Shown here: piece by piece, positions 27,543-37,047 of the stretch
Position numbering within the stretch: position 1 is the stretch's first letter
Layout: each line of letters begins with the position of its first letter
Sequence record: OR677401
Strand: one strand, 5' to 3'
Source of the DNA: Escherichia phage LQ5
DNA length: 64,000 nucleotides
Translations under genes and position numbers: made by a program
Notes under the pieces: generated by a model
The model's database searches: none
The model's input: only the letters and a program-made list of their open reading frames with translations
What the model was told of the DNA's origin: nothing

Positions 27543-28385
27543 ATGTCACAGGCAATTAATCAAATTCGTTCTGAAGTTAAAAAAGTTGTTAAATTTGGTC
27601 GTATTCCGAGTTCTAAAGAAGTGGTTGAAAAGGTTCTATATATGATGTGGGACAAGTTCAACGTTTGTACTGTTAAAGATGACTTCACTAAAATCTTTGA
27701 CAAGACCAGGTCGTTTACCTTAGAAGACCGGGTCATGAAAACTCTTCGTAAAACAGGTATGTTGTCTCGTGCTAATGCCAAAATTATTCTTAAAAATTAT
27801 AACAAAGGCTACGACCTCTATGGTCGTTTAATCCAGGCGATGTCATTTGACGAAGTGGTTCAAGACCTTCATGCCAACCAACGACGTCTACTAGCACTAG
27901 GTGCTCGCCTTGCAAAAGGTCAAGATAAACAAATGACCTTTAAGACCAATGGTTCAGGCGATTGGATTATCTTTAATATTGTTAACCACCCCGGAAATGA
28001 AAATGAGTATACCATTTCAACTTTTAGTGGTTGTCAATATGACAACTGGAAGTTCCATCTCCGATTAGCCTTGTCCGAATTAGAACAGCACGGTGTTCTT
28101 AGTTTTGGTGATGCCGAAACTGGGGTGGGTCAGCGTATTAAACTTTATAAAATTAAAGACCTGGCTGAAGAGCATTCAGAACAAGCTCCTAAACCGGAAC
28201 CTGTGCCAGTGCGCAGCAATGAGAAGCATCAAGCCCAGATTGAGTATTTTAGCAATTTGCTTACTTGCTTGAATGTTACAATTCAACAACAAGATGATGA
28301 GATTTTCCGACTCTCTGGTCTGAATGCCAAAGCCAAGGCTGAACGTCAAAAATATATCGATATCCTAAATCTTCTTAAGGATTAA
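27543..28385 (+). CDS. hypothetical protein with C-terminal coiled coil
   Basis: 280 aa; N-terminus MSQAI shared with 35356 ORF. Confidence 0.6.
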   Translation: MSQAINQIRSEVKKVVKFGRIPSSKEVVEKVLYMMWDKFNVCTVKDDFTKIFDKTRSFTLEDRVMKTLRKTGMLSRANAKIILKNYNKGYDLYGRLIQAMSFDEVVQDLHANQRRLLALGARLAKGQDKQMTFKTNGSGDWIIFNIVNHPGNENEYTISTFSGCQYDNWKFHLRLALSELEQHGVLSFGDAETGVGQRIKLYKIKDLAEEHSEQAPKPEPVPVRSNEKHQAQIEYFSNLLTCLNVTIQQQDDEIFRLSGLNAKAKAERQKYIDILNLLKD

Positions 28386-28387
28386 TT

Positions 28388-28603
28388 ATGGAAATTATTG
28401 GTTTTATTCTTGCTTATCTTGTGATAGGATTTATTACTGCTTTGATTGCGCATAAAACAGGCGCGTGGAACCCGGTTAAAATTGAATCAAGCTATGATGC
28501 GGTATTCATTACATTTGTATGGCCAGTATTTTGCTTTGCCTGGTTATGTATGCTAATTCTGTGGCCTATCGCTAAACTCTATGAAAAATTATTTGGACTC
28601 TGA
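28388..28603 (+). CDS. small membrane protein
   Basis: 71 aa, two hydrophobic helices. Confidence 0.5.
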   Translation: MEIIGFILAYLVIGFITALIAHKTGAWNPVKIESSYDAVFITFVWPVFCFAWLCMLILWPIAKLYEKLFGL

Positions 28604-28604
28604 T

Positions 28605-29474
28605 ATGAACATTAAAACACGTAAAGAATATTCCATCTATGACCATGACACGACTCGTCGTATCGCTATCGATCGGCTGGCAGACTTTGGCCATATTTGT
28701 AATGGTAATTATACTTATGGTGTAGGTCGTAAAGGGACTTATATTAGTTCTTTGAACGATTATTGCCGTTGCCCTGCTCATTTATTTGGTGCAACACTGC
28801 GAGCTAATATCAAAGACCTCTTGGCTACCGCAGGACGTATTTCTACGGTTCCTGTCAATATCAAGAATATTAATTTTACGGCTCGTAACCTAGTCATTAA
28901 TATTCTGCCTGACGGTATTCAAGTTCGTTTCCGTCCTACCTCAAAAGGTAATAAGGCCCTTCGTGAAGCATTCGAAACCTTATTCAGAGAGGCAATGACC
29001 CGTATTAAGGCAGTAGAATCATATAAAGTTACAACCGATGAATATGCTGATTGTTTTGAGCGGGCTGATGCAGTGTATTTTAATGTTAAACTAACTCGTG
29101 AATATCTTTTGTCTTATGCCCCTTATCAATCCCAACAAAAGGACCCACAAATGGAACGTCGTATCTCTGCAGTATCATGTGACAGTGTAGGCCAGTATGC
29201 GGCCTATGACAAATTCAAAACCACTGCTGTACCAAGCCCATTCAATTCCGAACCGTATCATTGGAAAATTAAACCCGAGAATTCTTTGGTGGTTACTAAC
29301 CCTACGATGAAACCTATCGAGAAGTATCATGAGGACCACCTCCAGGAATCAATCCACCGTTTAAACGGCCAGATCGAAGATGAGAAAAAGAGTATCCAAG
29401 ACGTATTGATTCGCATCAAGAACATGGAACTCCAGCGTGACAAGCTCCGCGCGGCAGTATTAGCTCTAAAATAA
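28605..29474 (+). CDS. hypothetical protein with C-terminal coiled coil
   Basis: ATG 28605 just after upstream TGA; ORF-track start 28581. Confidence 0.55.
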   Translation: MNIKTRKEYSIYDHDTTRRIAIDRLADFGHICNGNYTYGVGRKGTYISSLNDYCRCPAHLFGATLRANIKDLLATAGRISTVPVNIKNINFTARNLVINILPDGIQVRFRPTSKGNKALREAFETLFREAMTRIKAVESYKVTTDEYADCFERADAVYFNVKLTREYLLSYAPYQSQQKDPQMERRISAVSCDSVGQYAAYDKFKTTAVPSPFNSEPYHWKIKPENSLVVTNPTMKPIEKYHEDHLQESIHRLNGQIEDEKKSIQDVLIRIKNMELQRDKLRAAVLALK

Positions 29475-29475
29475 T

Positions 29476-29505
29476 GTTTACATCCAAGGATGGATGGAGT
29501 ATAAT
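29476..29505 (+). promoter_or_regulatory. sigma70-like promoter GTTTACA-N17-TATAAT
   Basis: Read directly. Confidence 0.55.
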
Positions 29506-29531
29506 CTTTTAAATCTACTGAGGAGAATATC

Positions 29532-30542
29532 ATGACTCGTACTGAATACATCAATGCCTTTACTACGTATATCACTACCAACACCCCTCCGTTAACCCCA
29601 TACGAGGTAATAGTTTCTAATATCAATAAATGGGTCGACCAAATTGATGATGCATTATCGCGCTGTTTCAAAGCTGAAATCGAAAAGATTGCAGGCCGTT
29701 TGTGCATTCATGATATCATTAAAACATTTAAAGGTTCTCGACTGCTTTCGCGCCTGGTCAATAAGGACATCCTTTCTGAGTTCGGTAAAGAGAAATACCC
29801 AGGTTCCAACCGTGTTGTTAACTACAAATGGTTTGGTGATACCATAAAAGGTTATATCAAAATTAAAGGTATGGACCCTAATAGTTTATTTCCGCAACGT
29901 TGGGTTAGCGAATTCAAGGCTAACTCTGCATTAATTCTCAAAGCGGCCTCTAAAACTATAGTTTCCGGTGATTGTCGTACTATTCACCCGATGGCTAATT
30001 GCATGATTAAAACAAATAGTTATAAAGGAAAAGCTATTATTTCTGTTATTTGGTCACCTAATAGGAAACCTAAAGATGATGCGGAAGTTGTAAAGTATCA
30101 AGATATTGCTTACGATACCTTGAATACTATCGAACAAGCTTTAGCTCTGATGGATACCGTAGAGAAATATGAGACCCAAGAAGTTAAACACCACTTAGGC
30201 TGGAAAGGATATGAAGTCTTAGTAACAGTCCGTGAAATCAAATGTACCGTTCCAAAAACTGATGCTGAAATTTACCAAGAAAAATGTGAGGAAATTGTGA
30301 ACACTGATAAAGAGCCTGCTACATTAGAAGATTTGATTAACGACTTGAACAGCCCTATCATGGCCCCTACACCAATTACTAAATCCAAGTTACCAGAAGT
30401 CGTTGCCTTGGAAAAAGCGTATAAAGACGCCCTTGCTATCAACAAAAAACTGACTGGCCAATATACCGCCGCCAAGAAACTTTGGGAAGAGTCTACCAAT
30501 CGTTTAGACCGTCTTGAACAGGCTCTGGAGCTGCTGAAATGA
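29532..30542 (+). CDS. hypothetical protein with C-terminal coiled coil
   Basis: 336-aa ORF with GAGGAGAA RBS. Confidence 0.6.
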   Translation: MTRTEYINAFTTYITTNTPPLTPYEVIVSNINKWVDQIDDALSRCFKAEIEKIAGRLCIHDIIKTFKGSRLLSRLVNKDILSEFGKEKYPGSNRVVNYKWFGDTIKGYIKIKGMDPNSLFPQRWVSEFKANSALILKAASKTIVSGDCRTIHPMANCMIKTNSYKGKAIISVIWSPNRKPKDDAEVVKYQDIAYDTLNTIEQALALMDTVEKYETQEVKHHLGWKGYEVLVTVREIKCTVPKTDAEIYQEKCEEIVNTDKEPATLEDLINDLNSPIMAPTPITKSKLPEVVALEKAYKDALAINKKLTGQYTAAKKLWEESTNRLDRLEQALELLK

Positions 30543-30760
30543 AATACCAATTAGCTGAAGATATTGACCAAACTATTCCTGATTGGAATGCCATTATTAA
30601 AATTGTCGAACGTCGTGAAAAAGCTTCTAAGAACGTTCCGAACTGTCCGGAATGTGGAACTGAACAGGTTCAATTGGTCCATTGGCAGACTAGTAATCTT
30701 CGTTACAAATGCCGCCATTGTAAACATAAATTTGAGCGAGAAGAAAATGGCAAAGCGTAA
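30539..30760 (+). CDS. small zinc-ribbon protein
   Basis: CPECG ... CRHCKHKF cysteine pairs; 73 aa. Confidence 0.5.
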   Translation: MKYQLAEDIDQTIPDWNAIIKIVERREKASKNVPNCPECGTEQVQLVHWQTSNLRYKCRHCKHKFEREENGKA

Positions 30761-30983
30761 AGAATATGTAGAGGCTGCCGATAAGGCAGTCCGCGAACTT
30801 ACTCTAGCTTATTATAAAGAGCACGGTAAATTTCCGGACAGTTATTCAGTATTGAAATCTGCTTTAACTCGCTCGTATAATAATATACTATCTGATGTGT
30901 ATAATTTAAAATATGAGCACATGGAAAAATACGGAACAGAACTCGACCGTTCTGAAGCATTCAAACAAATATTAGGAATTTAA
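30747..30983 (+). CDS. hypothetical protein
   Basis: ATG 30747; overlaps upstream gene end by 14 nt. Confidence 0.45.
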   Translation: MAKRKEYVEAADKAVRELTLAYYKEHGKFPDSYSVLKSALTRSYNNILSDVYNLKYEHMEKYGTELDRSEAFKQILGI

Positions 30984-30984
30984 A

Positions 30985-31248
30985 ATGTTTAAAGTTTATG
31001 GTTATGATTCAAATATTCACCGTTGTGTTTTCTGTGATAATGCCAAACGACTGCTTGAGGTTAAGAAACAACCTTACGAATTCATTAACGTGATGCCTGA
31101 AAAAGGTGTGTTTGATGATGAGAAGATTGCCGAACTCCTGGCTGCTCTTGGACGCGAATCTCAGGTAGGTTTGACTATGCCTCAGGTATTTGCTCCGGAC
31201 GGAACTTCTATTGGTGGCTTTGACCAACTGCGAGCTTATTTCAAATGA
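30985..31248 (+). CDS. nrdC: thioredoxin/glutaredoxin NrdC
   Basis: 87 aa, near-identical to recalled T4 NrdC (MFKVYGYDSNIH.CV.CDNAKRLL). Confidence 0.92.
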   Translation: MFKVYGYDSNIHRCVFCDNAKRLLEVKKQPYEFINVMPEKGVFDDEKIAELLAALGRESQVGLTMPQVFAPDGTSIGGFDQLRAYFK

Positions 31249-31406
31249 TTGAATTAATGTTGGTTGTTTTGTATCTTATCATCGGTATTGGTTATGCTAA
31301 GACCCTAGCTAAATTAGATGATTCAGGTGACTTTTGTTCATGGCTGACGTCTATGATTTGTTGGCCTTTATTTCTGGTTGGTGCTTCATTCTGGAACTTC
31401 AAATGA
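31245..31406 (+). CDS. small hydrophobic peptide (53 aa)
   Basis: ATG overlaps nrdC stop (ATGA); below ORF-track cutoff. Confidence 0.4.
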   Translation: MIELMLVVLYLIIGIGYAKTLAKLDDSGDFCSWLTSMICWPLFLVGASFWNFK

Positions 31407-31591
31407 CTGAATTTGATACAGCTTATGGAACCTGCGCAAGAGAGTTTACAAGTGAGTTTGATACTCCTGCGCCTAGTAAAGAAACCGTATTGGCAAATCT
31501 CCCGGATTGGTTAAAAGAAGAAGCCAACGAATGGGGCTGGACTGATACTTGTGTACGTGACCAGCTATTTGAATTTATGGTGGAATTATGA
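31403..31591 (+). CDS. hypothetical acidic protein
   Basis: ATG 31403 overlaps previous TGA; ORF-track start 31334. Confidence 0.4.
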   Translation: MTEFDTAYGTCAREFTSEFDTPAPSKETVLANLPDWLKEEANEWGWTDTCVRDQLFEFMVEL

Positions 31592-31896
31592 TTGAATTAA
31601 ACGAACAAACCATTTTTCTAGGTGATGGTACCGAAGATGACCTAGAGTATAAACTATACGAATATATGGTTTGGCTGGCTAAAGCAGAAGGTGTAGACTT
31701 TGCTGTAGCTCATCCATATGGCGAGAACACCGTTGTAATCGGTGGCACTGCTTATGAAGTCCAATGGCAATACGTTGGCCTTGAATCTGAAGAATTTGAA
31801 GAAGATGAACACGGTGATTGGCATCCAGTCGGTCCTTGGTACTGGGAACACGGTGAACCTGATTTTGAAGTAAGTAGTTGGTGGTGTGACAGTTAA
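31588..31896 (+). CDS. hypothetical acidic protein
   Basis: 102-aa coupled ORF. Confidence 0.5.
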   Translation: MIELNEQTIFLGDGTEDDLEYKLYEYMVWLAKAEGVDFAVAHPYGENTVVIGGTAYEVQWQYVGLESEEFEEDEHGDWHPVGPWYWEHGEPDFEVSSWWCDS

Positions 31897-31942
31897 GCCA
31901 TGGTATGTCGCTCGGTGGAAAACTACCGAGCCAGAGGAACCT

Positions 31943-31972
31943 GTTTACAACGATTCCGAAATAGAGTATAAT
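31943..31972 (+). promoter_or_regulatory. sigma70-like promoter GTTTACA-N17-TATAAT
   Basis: Read directly. Confidence 0.5.
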
Positions 31973-32018
31973 GAACCTTCAAACAATGATTTAATTGATA
32001 TGGAATATGGGTTTTACT

Positions 32019-32204
32019 ATGAAAACTGAACTGATTTATACTGAAAAGTTAAATGGCGGTAAAGTCTGGAAACTTCTTATTAAAGGAAGTCCTACTGATC
32101 AGTTTATGGCCACTTGTGTAGGGTTATACACCCGTCCTACTAAAAAGATGATTCGTCAATTTAAACGGTTGCATCGCTCGTTTTATAGTACATTTGAAAA
32201 ATAA
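32019..32204 (+). CDS. hypothetical basic protein
   Basis: ORF-track start 31995 is TTG; ATG 32019 preferred but no clear RBS. Confidence 0.35.
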   Translation: MKTELIYTEKLNGGKVWKLLIKGSPTDQFMATCVGLYTRPTKKMIRQFKRLHRSFYSTFEK

Positions 32205-32235
32205 TAAATACCCTTATCTAATAATGGTAAGGGTA
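32203..32235 (+). promoter_or_regulatory. late-promoter-like AATAAATA plus hairpin TACCCTTA/TAAGGGTA over the RBS of the GIY-YIG gene
   Basis: 8-bp inverted repeat read directly. Confidence 0.45.
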
Positions 32236-32241
32236 TAGGTC

Positions 32242-33315
32242 ATGCAAGATTTCGGGCATTGGGCGGTATTTGAAGAAGTTGATATTAAAAATTATATTGG
32301 ATTTGTGTATGTAATCACTTTTGAAGATGGCAAAAAATATGTCGGTGCTAAAAAGATTTGGAAACGAATCAAAGCTGCACCTTGCACATTTAAACGTGGT
32401 CCTAAAAAAGGGTTTGAGGAATCTGATTGGAAAACCTATACCTCATCATCCAATGAATTGAACGCAATGATAGAAAAGGGTATAAGTCCAAAAGAATATC
32501 TTATTGTAGGATGGTACCCTACTTGGGGTAAAACTCTTATGGCAGAAATGGAAATGCAATTAGCCAATGATGTTTTACGAGACCCTATGTGGCTCAATAA
32601 ACAAATTGGCGGGCATTTCAACCCTAACTGCTTTGACGATTTAACAGAGGATGATATTGCAAGATGGATGGAATTTGATAAAGGGAATGAGCATGTTTCT
32701 TGGCCTATGATGTATAAAATTGGCCAGAAAACCAAGTACGTTAAACCTGATGAAGTTAGTGAGTATATTAAATCTGGATGGCAATTTGGTCGTTCTAAAA
32801 TGGAAAAACATTCTGTTACCTATAATTGCTCTAAATTTACTATATGGGACTATGAAGAAAACAAGCCGGTGGAAGTAATAAATCAAAACGAATTCGCTCG
32901 TAATAATGATTTAAGTAGCAACCATTTAACAAGGCTTCTTCAAGGAACCCTCGACCTAATTAAAGACCGATGGGGCCTTCCACCAGATATTGCTCGTCAG
33001 CGTTATAAATTTCAGGACGTTTCTTCAGGAACAAAATTTTTATCCAATTCCGAGTTAGAAGAATTTTACGGTATGACTCGCGGTCAGGCTAACAAAGCTA
33101 TTAAAGATGGAAGAGCTGTTAAATTAGTAGTCGAAAGCAAAGAAGACCATATTAAAAAACTTGGCTCTATCGAATTGGTAAAAACCGAAAAGACAAAAGT
33201 TACGTCTCAAGTAATGCTTAACAGTTTTAAAGATATAGTTAATCCTATGACTACTGCCGAAAAATCAGAAATGATTGAATGGTTGGAAAGTTATATAACT
33301 TATTTGAAATCTTAA
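32242..33315 (+). CDS. GIY-YIG homing endonuclease (Seg-like), free-standing
   Basis: N-terminal YIGFVYVITFEDGKKYVGAKK motif; 357 aa. Confidence 0.7.
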   Translation: MQDFGHWAVFEEVDIKNYIGFVYVITFEDGKKYVGAKKIWKRIKAAPCTFKRGPKKGFEESDWKTYTSSSNELNAMIEKGISPKEYLIVGWYPTWGKTLMAEMEMQLANDVLRDPMWLNKQIGGHFNPNCFDDLTEDDIARWMEFDKGNEHVSWPMMYKIGQKTKYVKPDEVSEYIKSGWQFGRSKMEKHSVTYNCSKFTIWDYEENKPVEVINQNEFARNNDLSSNHLTRLLQGTLDLIKDRWGLPPDIARQRYKFQDVSSGTKFLSNSELEEFYGMTRGQANKAIKDGRAVKLVVESKEDHIKKLGSIELVKTEKTKVTSQVMLNSFKDIVNPMTTAEKSEMIEWLESYITYLKS

Positions 33316-33331
33316 TGAGGAAATCGCTTAA

Positions 33332-33454
33332 ATGATTAATTTTTATGGCTATACATTTTATGCTTTAGCCGAATCTCTGAACGATGCGGTTCGTATTATG
33401 GGTGTTGAGTATCCTGCTCAATGGTTATTTGTTGTAACTAACATGTGGGTTCTT
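33332..33454 (+). CDS. small ORF (40 aa)
   Basis: ATG 33332 after GAGGAAA; fills gap before next gene. Confidence 0.3.
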
Positions 33455-33456
33455 TA

Positions 33457-33672
33457 ATGAACAAATTTCGTAATGCTGTTTCTGATATCCTGGCCAATAT
33501 TACATTAGTTCTGTTTATCGTATGCCTTTTAATCCTGGCTATTCCGTTTGGATTGCTGTTCATGATTATTGGTGCTCTGAGTACTGAAAAAGGTCTTGAA
33601 GGGTCTGAGTTCGAAAAACGAATCCAGGCTGTTCATAGTGTTATTGCAAAAATGATGAAGGTGAAAGAATGA
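33457..33672 (+). CDS. small membrane protein
   Basis: ATG 33457; ORF-track start 33445 is GTG. Confidence 0.45.
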   Translation: MNKFRNAVSDILANITLVLFIVCLLILAIPFGLLFMIIGALSTEKGLEGSEFEKRIQAVHSVIAKMMKVKE

Positions 33673-33980
33673 AACGTTTTGAAGAATATGTAGCTTTGAA
33701 TTGGACCGCTTGGGACAAGTTTGGTGATGATTGGTACTTCCATGACTGTGACCTGAACCCGGAATTCTTTAAAGGTAAGGAAGAAGACCTCAAGGACATC
33801 TACGCTTTATCAGAGATTCATGGTATTAAACCTACTGTCTATTTCTCTTTTGATGATACCGGGTTCCTTGTACAGATTTATGTTCCTTATGAAACTGTTG
33901 ATGACGAAGCTGTTTGTGAAGAAGTTCTAAAAACCTGGGACTACCAAGGAGTTATTTCCTGTGGACCAAAAGTTAACTAA
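33669..33980 (+). CDS. hypothetical acidic protein
   Basis: 103-aa coupled ORF. Confidence 0.5.
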   Translation: MKRFEEYVALNWTAWDKFGDDWYFHDCDLNPEFFKGKEEDLKDIYALSEIHGIKPTVYFSFDDTGFLVQIYVPYETVDDEAVCEEVLKTWDYQGVISCGPKVN

Positions 33981-34278
33981 AATTGAGATTTACGGTATCC
34001 CTGAGACAGTCATGCGCTGTCCAGGGTGCATTGCTGTTCTATCGCTCCTAAATTCCCTTTCTATCCCATATACTTTCTATCCTGTGATTAACCAGACGCC
34101 GTCAGGCGCAGTATATGACAAGCCTCTTATAGTATCATTGGCCAAACGTGCAGGCTTCAAGAGCTTAGCGATACGCTATCCTGTCATATTTGTCGATAAT
34201 AAGAAAATAGAAAATATTCCTGCCTTCAAATCGCTTTTGATTGAACTTGGTTATGACCGAGATTTAATTGAAGATTAG
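33961..34278 (+). CDS. glutaredoxin/NrdH-like redox protein (CPGC)
   Basis: KIEIYG strand followed by CPGC motif; probable GTG start. Confidence 0.45.
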   Translation: MDQKLTKIEIYGIPETVMRCPGCIAVLSLLNSLSIPYTFYPVINQTPSGAVYDKPLIVSLAKRAGFKSLAIRYPVIFVDNKKIENIPAFKSLLIELGYDRDLIED

Positions 34279-34279
34279 T

Positions 34280-34333
34280 GTTTACTTCCTCTCCTCACGT
34301 GTTATAGTCTATCCTATCAACACATGAGGAGAA
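34280..34333 (+). promoter_or_regulatory. promoter/stem-loop cassette variant (GTTTACT; arms CTCCTCACGTG/CACATGAGGAG)
   Basis: Read directly. Confidence 0.5.
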
Positions 34334-34337
34334 CATT

Positions 34338-34520
34338 ATGACTATCCAAGATAAAGAAATTAAAGCCGACCAGTATTATTTGGTAAATGGGCGTGCGGTT
34401 CGTGTAATTGCTGCTAGCGATTCAGACGTATGGTACCGTGTACTAGACCATAGAAATATTCCATTGATGGTATGTGACCGTAGTTTGTTTTGTTCGATAG
34501 CTAAGGAAATTAAATTATGA
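34338..34520 (+). CDS. hypothetical protein
   Basis: 60-aa ORF with GAGGAGAA RBS. Confidence 0.5.
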   Translation: MTIQDKEIKADQYYLVNGRAVRVIAASDSDVWYRVLDHRNIPLMVCDRSLFCSIAKEIKL

Positions 34521-34771
34521 GCCTGAAATTACACTCAATGAAAAATATCATTACCCTTAATCTGGATGATGAGCGCCTGATTTTTCTCACCGTCACTGAT
34601 AAGAATATTGAAATTGCAAATGGTCCTAAGACTTATTGTTGCCCAGTGAAGAATTGGAAACATGTAACCTTTTTGACCCTGTGCGACCGTCTGAAAGATA
34701 TTAAGTTAGATTTGGATGTCAAAGATGTCCAATACATTAAAAATCTTATTGGATACAAACTGCTGAGGTAA
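34517..34771 (+). CDS. hypothetical protein
   Basis: 84-aa coupled ORF. Confidence 0.5.
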   Translation: MSLKLHSMKNIITLNLDDERLIFLTVTDKNIEIANGPKTYCCPVKNWKHVTFLTLCDRLKDIKLDLDVKDVQYIKNLIGYKLLR

Positions 34772-34773
34772 CT

Positions 34774-35067
34774 ATGGGTAAAACTATTCGTCGTAAAGAA
34801 TTGTCTGTAAAAGATTTTTATTATTCCGGACGTCGTAAAGCACCGGACGGCGTAAGTCAGGAACTGGTTGAAGAAAATATCTTCCGTTCTGACAAGTGGA
34901 AACGTATGCGCGGTGTTGATTCTGAAGTTAAGAACGAAATGAACCGCCAGCTTCGTAAAGAAGTGAGAAAGCTGAAAAAAGATGTTTACAATGACGATGA
35001 ACCTGATTACAATACTTCTCATCGAGTTGCAAAACGTAAATCAAACGAGTGTTATCGTTACAGCTGA
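34774..35067 (+). CDS. hypothetical basic protein
   Basis: 97-aa ORF. Confidence 0.5.
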   Translation: MGKTIRRKELSVKDFYYSGRRKAPDGVSQELVEENIFRSDKWKRMRGVDSEVKNEMNRQLRKEVRKLKKDVYNDDEPDYNTSHRVAKRKSNECYRYS

Positions 35068-35074
35068 GGAAAAT

Positions 35075-35287
35075 ATGAATCCACAATCTTTATTGTCACA
35101 ACGTATTGCTGAAGAACGTCGTCAATTCTTTGAAAATATGAGAGCCCAAGGTATTGATGACGAACGTTTTCTAATTTGGTTTTGGGACCACAAGCACTCA
35201 AGCTGCTCCGGTGCTTTGTTACTTTCCGCTGGAATGATGTACGAAGGCTGGAAAGGTGCATTAAAATATAAATTGAAACAGCAATAA
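35075..35287 (+). CDS. hypothetical protein
   Basis: ATG 35075 after GAGGAAAA; ORF-track start 34982. Confidence 0.45.
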   Translation: MNPQSLLSQRIAEERRQFFENMRAQGIDDERFLIWFWDHKHSSCSGALLLSAGMMYEGWKGALKYKLKQQ

Positions 35288-35322
35288 TTTACAAACTCTT
35301 GGGACCAGAGTATAATGGTCCC
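35288..35322 (+). promoter_or_regulatory. sigma70-like promoter TTTACA-N17-TATAAT with inverted repeat GGGACCA/TGGTCCC around the -10
   Basis: Read directly. Confidence 0.55.
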
Positions 35323-35355
35323 ACGGATTATAAATTTTTAACTGAGGAAATTATT

Positions 35356-35685
35356 ATGTCACAAGCTATTAAAAACGTACTGAACTCTTTCGCTTTCGAT
35401 AAAGTAAACGAACTGATGAATACCGGTTTTGTGACTCCTGAAATTCTTGACCAATGGGTTGCTGAACTGCTGCCAATCATGCACTCTAAAGACCAGAAAA
35501 TTGGTAAGAACGGTATTCGTGAAATCCTGGTTCAATATATCCTTGATGAATTCGATGTCGCTGCCTTTGGTGTAGAATCTAAAGCTTGGGCCCCTGGTGA
35601 AATCACGGATAAAACCATCCGTCGTATGAAAAACCAACGTAAGAAAAAATTCGTTGACCTGAAAATTGTTAAGGCAGCGAAATGA
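35356..35685 (+). CDS. hypothetical protein
   Basis: ATG 35356; N-terminus MSQAI and leader shared with 27543 gene. Confidence 0.55.
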   Translation: MSQAIKNVLNSFAFDKVNELMNTGFVTPEILDQWVAELLPIMHSKDQKIGKNGIREILVQYILDEFDVAAFGVESKAWAPGEITDKTIRRMKNQRKKKFVDLKIVKAAK

Positions 35686-35948
35686 TTAAAATAAAACTCT
35701 CTAATTACGATAAAAACTTGGAAATGATTGCTATGAAAGAAGAACTCTTGAATGATGTCCACTTTACAGGTTATGCAGTTCAATTTAATGGTGATGGGAC
35801 TCTCCAGATTGAGGGTGACCACTTTATCATCGAATACGAATTTAAACAGTATTGGCTGTATGCAAAAGATGAGGTTGGCGGTGTTGATTACGTCGACGAG
35901 TTCGATAACCTAGATGATGCCTTGGAAGGAGCTCGATTCCTACAATGA
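35682..35948 (+). CDS. hypothetical acidic protein
   Basis: 88-aa coupled ORF. Confidence 0.5.
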   Translation: MIKIKLSNYDKNLEMIAMKEELLNDVHFTGYAVQFNGDGTLQIEGDHFIIEYEFKQYWLYAKDEVGGVDYVDEFDNLDDALEGARFLQ

Positions 35949-36208
35949 AACCCATATCCACCACCCTCGCCTACGAAGGTCTCGGATTTTTCTTAATAGA
36001 TAACTGTATGGATGTTGAGTTTGTTTGTGGTGAGACTTCTTTAGTATGGAAGTCTCATATTTCCAAATACAACCATCGTGAATATCCAAGTCTTTTTAAA
36101 GAATTTTGTGGATATATGTCTGAACATGGATGTACTGATACAATTTCTTATTCCGAGTTCACACAAATCCTTGAAACCGTATTTCAGGCTTATTGCTTAC
36201 TCCGTTGA
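35945..36208 (+). CDS. hypothetical protein
   Basis: 87-aa coupled ORF. Confidence 0.5.
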   Translation: MKPISTTLAYEGLGFFLIDNCMDVEFVCGETSLVWKSHISKYNHREYPSLFKEFCGYMSEHGCTDTISYSEFTQILETVFQAYCLLR

Positions 36209-36243
36209 TGCTTTAAAAGGGTCTTCAAATACTATGATATAAT
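36209..36243 (+). promoter_or_regulatory. promoter-like region upstream of gene 55 (TGATATAAT)
   Basis: Extended -10 TGATATAAT with box resembling the conserved cassette. Confidence 0.4.
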
Positions 36244-36274
36244 AGACCTATGATTTGAGTTATCTGAGGTAACA

Positions 36275-36832
36275 ATGACCGAAATTAAACTGACTAAAAA
36301 TAACTATGTAAATAATAAGGAGCTTCTGAAAGCTATCACCCAATGGAAAACAGAACTCAGAGAAAATACCGATCCTAATAAAATAGTTCGCCAGAACGAC
36401 GTTATCGGCTTGGCTATTATGCTCATTGCTGAAGGACTAAGTAAACGTTTCAACTTCTCAGGATATACCCAATCTTGGAAGCAAGAAATGATTGCTGATG
36501 GAATCGAAGCTTCGATTAAAGGTCTTCACAACTTCGACGAAACAAAATACGACAACCCACATGCATATATCACTATGGCTTGTTTTAATGCCTTCGTTCA
36601 GCGTATCAAAAAAGAACGTAAAGAAATGGCAAAGAAATATAGCTACTTCGTCCATAATGTCTATGACAGTAATGATGACGACATGGTAGGTATTGCAGAT
36701 GAAACCTTTATCCAAGATATCTACGACAAAATGACTCAGTATGAAACCTCTTTAACTAAAGCACCAGGGTCTGATAAGAGTGCCGAACCTAAAGTTGGTG
36801 AATTGGATTTTTTATATGGAACATCAGATTAA
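36275..36832 (+). CDS. 55: late-transcription sigma factor gp55
   Basis: 185 aa, very strong match to recalled T4 gp55 ([51 protein letters not shown]). Confidence 0.95.
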   Translation: MTEIKLTKNNYVNNKELLKAITQWKTELRENTDPNKIVRQNDVIGLAIMLIAEGLSKRFNFSGYTQSWKQEMIADGIEASIKGLHNFDETKYDNPHAYITMACFNAFVQRIKKERKEMAKKYSYFVHNVYDSNDDDMVGIADETFIQDIYDKMTQYETSLTKAPGSDKSAEPKVGELDFLYGTSD

Positions 36833-37046
36833 TATCACTCCACTTTTAGATGGAATGGAAGACTTCGAAGCACTCCCTTATTTTATTAAATTGATATTAC
36901 GGGATGTTAAAGGCCTTCCTATTGATATTGACCCACTTAACGTCAGGAATATTGAATTCACTTCTCCTGATAATAACGTAGATTATCGTTATCATGTTGA
37001 GAACGCTAATTTCTACTTCACTATTGAATTGACTCCAAAGGATTAA
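36816..37046 (+). CDS. hypothetical protein
   Basis: ATG 36816 overlapping gp55 end; ORF-track start 36780. Confidence 0.45.
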   Translation: MEHQINITPLLDGMEDFEALPYFIKLILRDVKGLPIDIDPLNVRNIEFTSPDNNVDYRYHVENANFYFTIELTPKD

Positions 37047-37047
37047 T

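Noticed and set aside
31334-31591. ORF-track start at 31334 for the gene after nrdC
   Set aside because: That start overlaps a better-supported 53-aa ORF in another frame; an in-frame ATG at 31403 overlapping its stop is the likelier start.
34633-35022. Minus-strand ORF of 129 aa
   Set aside because: Overlaps three coupled + strand genes, no RBS, and has low-complexity hydrophobic composition typical of frame shadows; the same applies to the other minus-strand ORFs in the track (e.g. 38652-39125, 49619-50092, 51962-52396, 61074-61499).
36193-36215. MotA-box middle promoter upstream of gene 55 (TTGCTTA, TGCTTTA)
   Set aside because: Spacing from either TGCTT to the only good -10 (36238-36243) is 22 nt or more, well outside the ~13 nt seen at the two better candidates.
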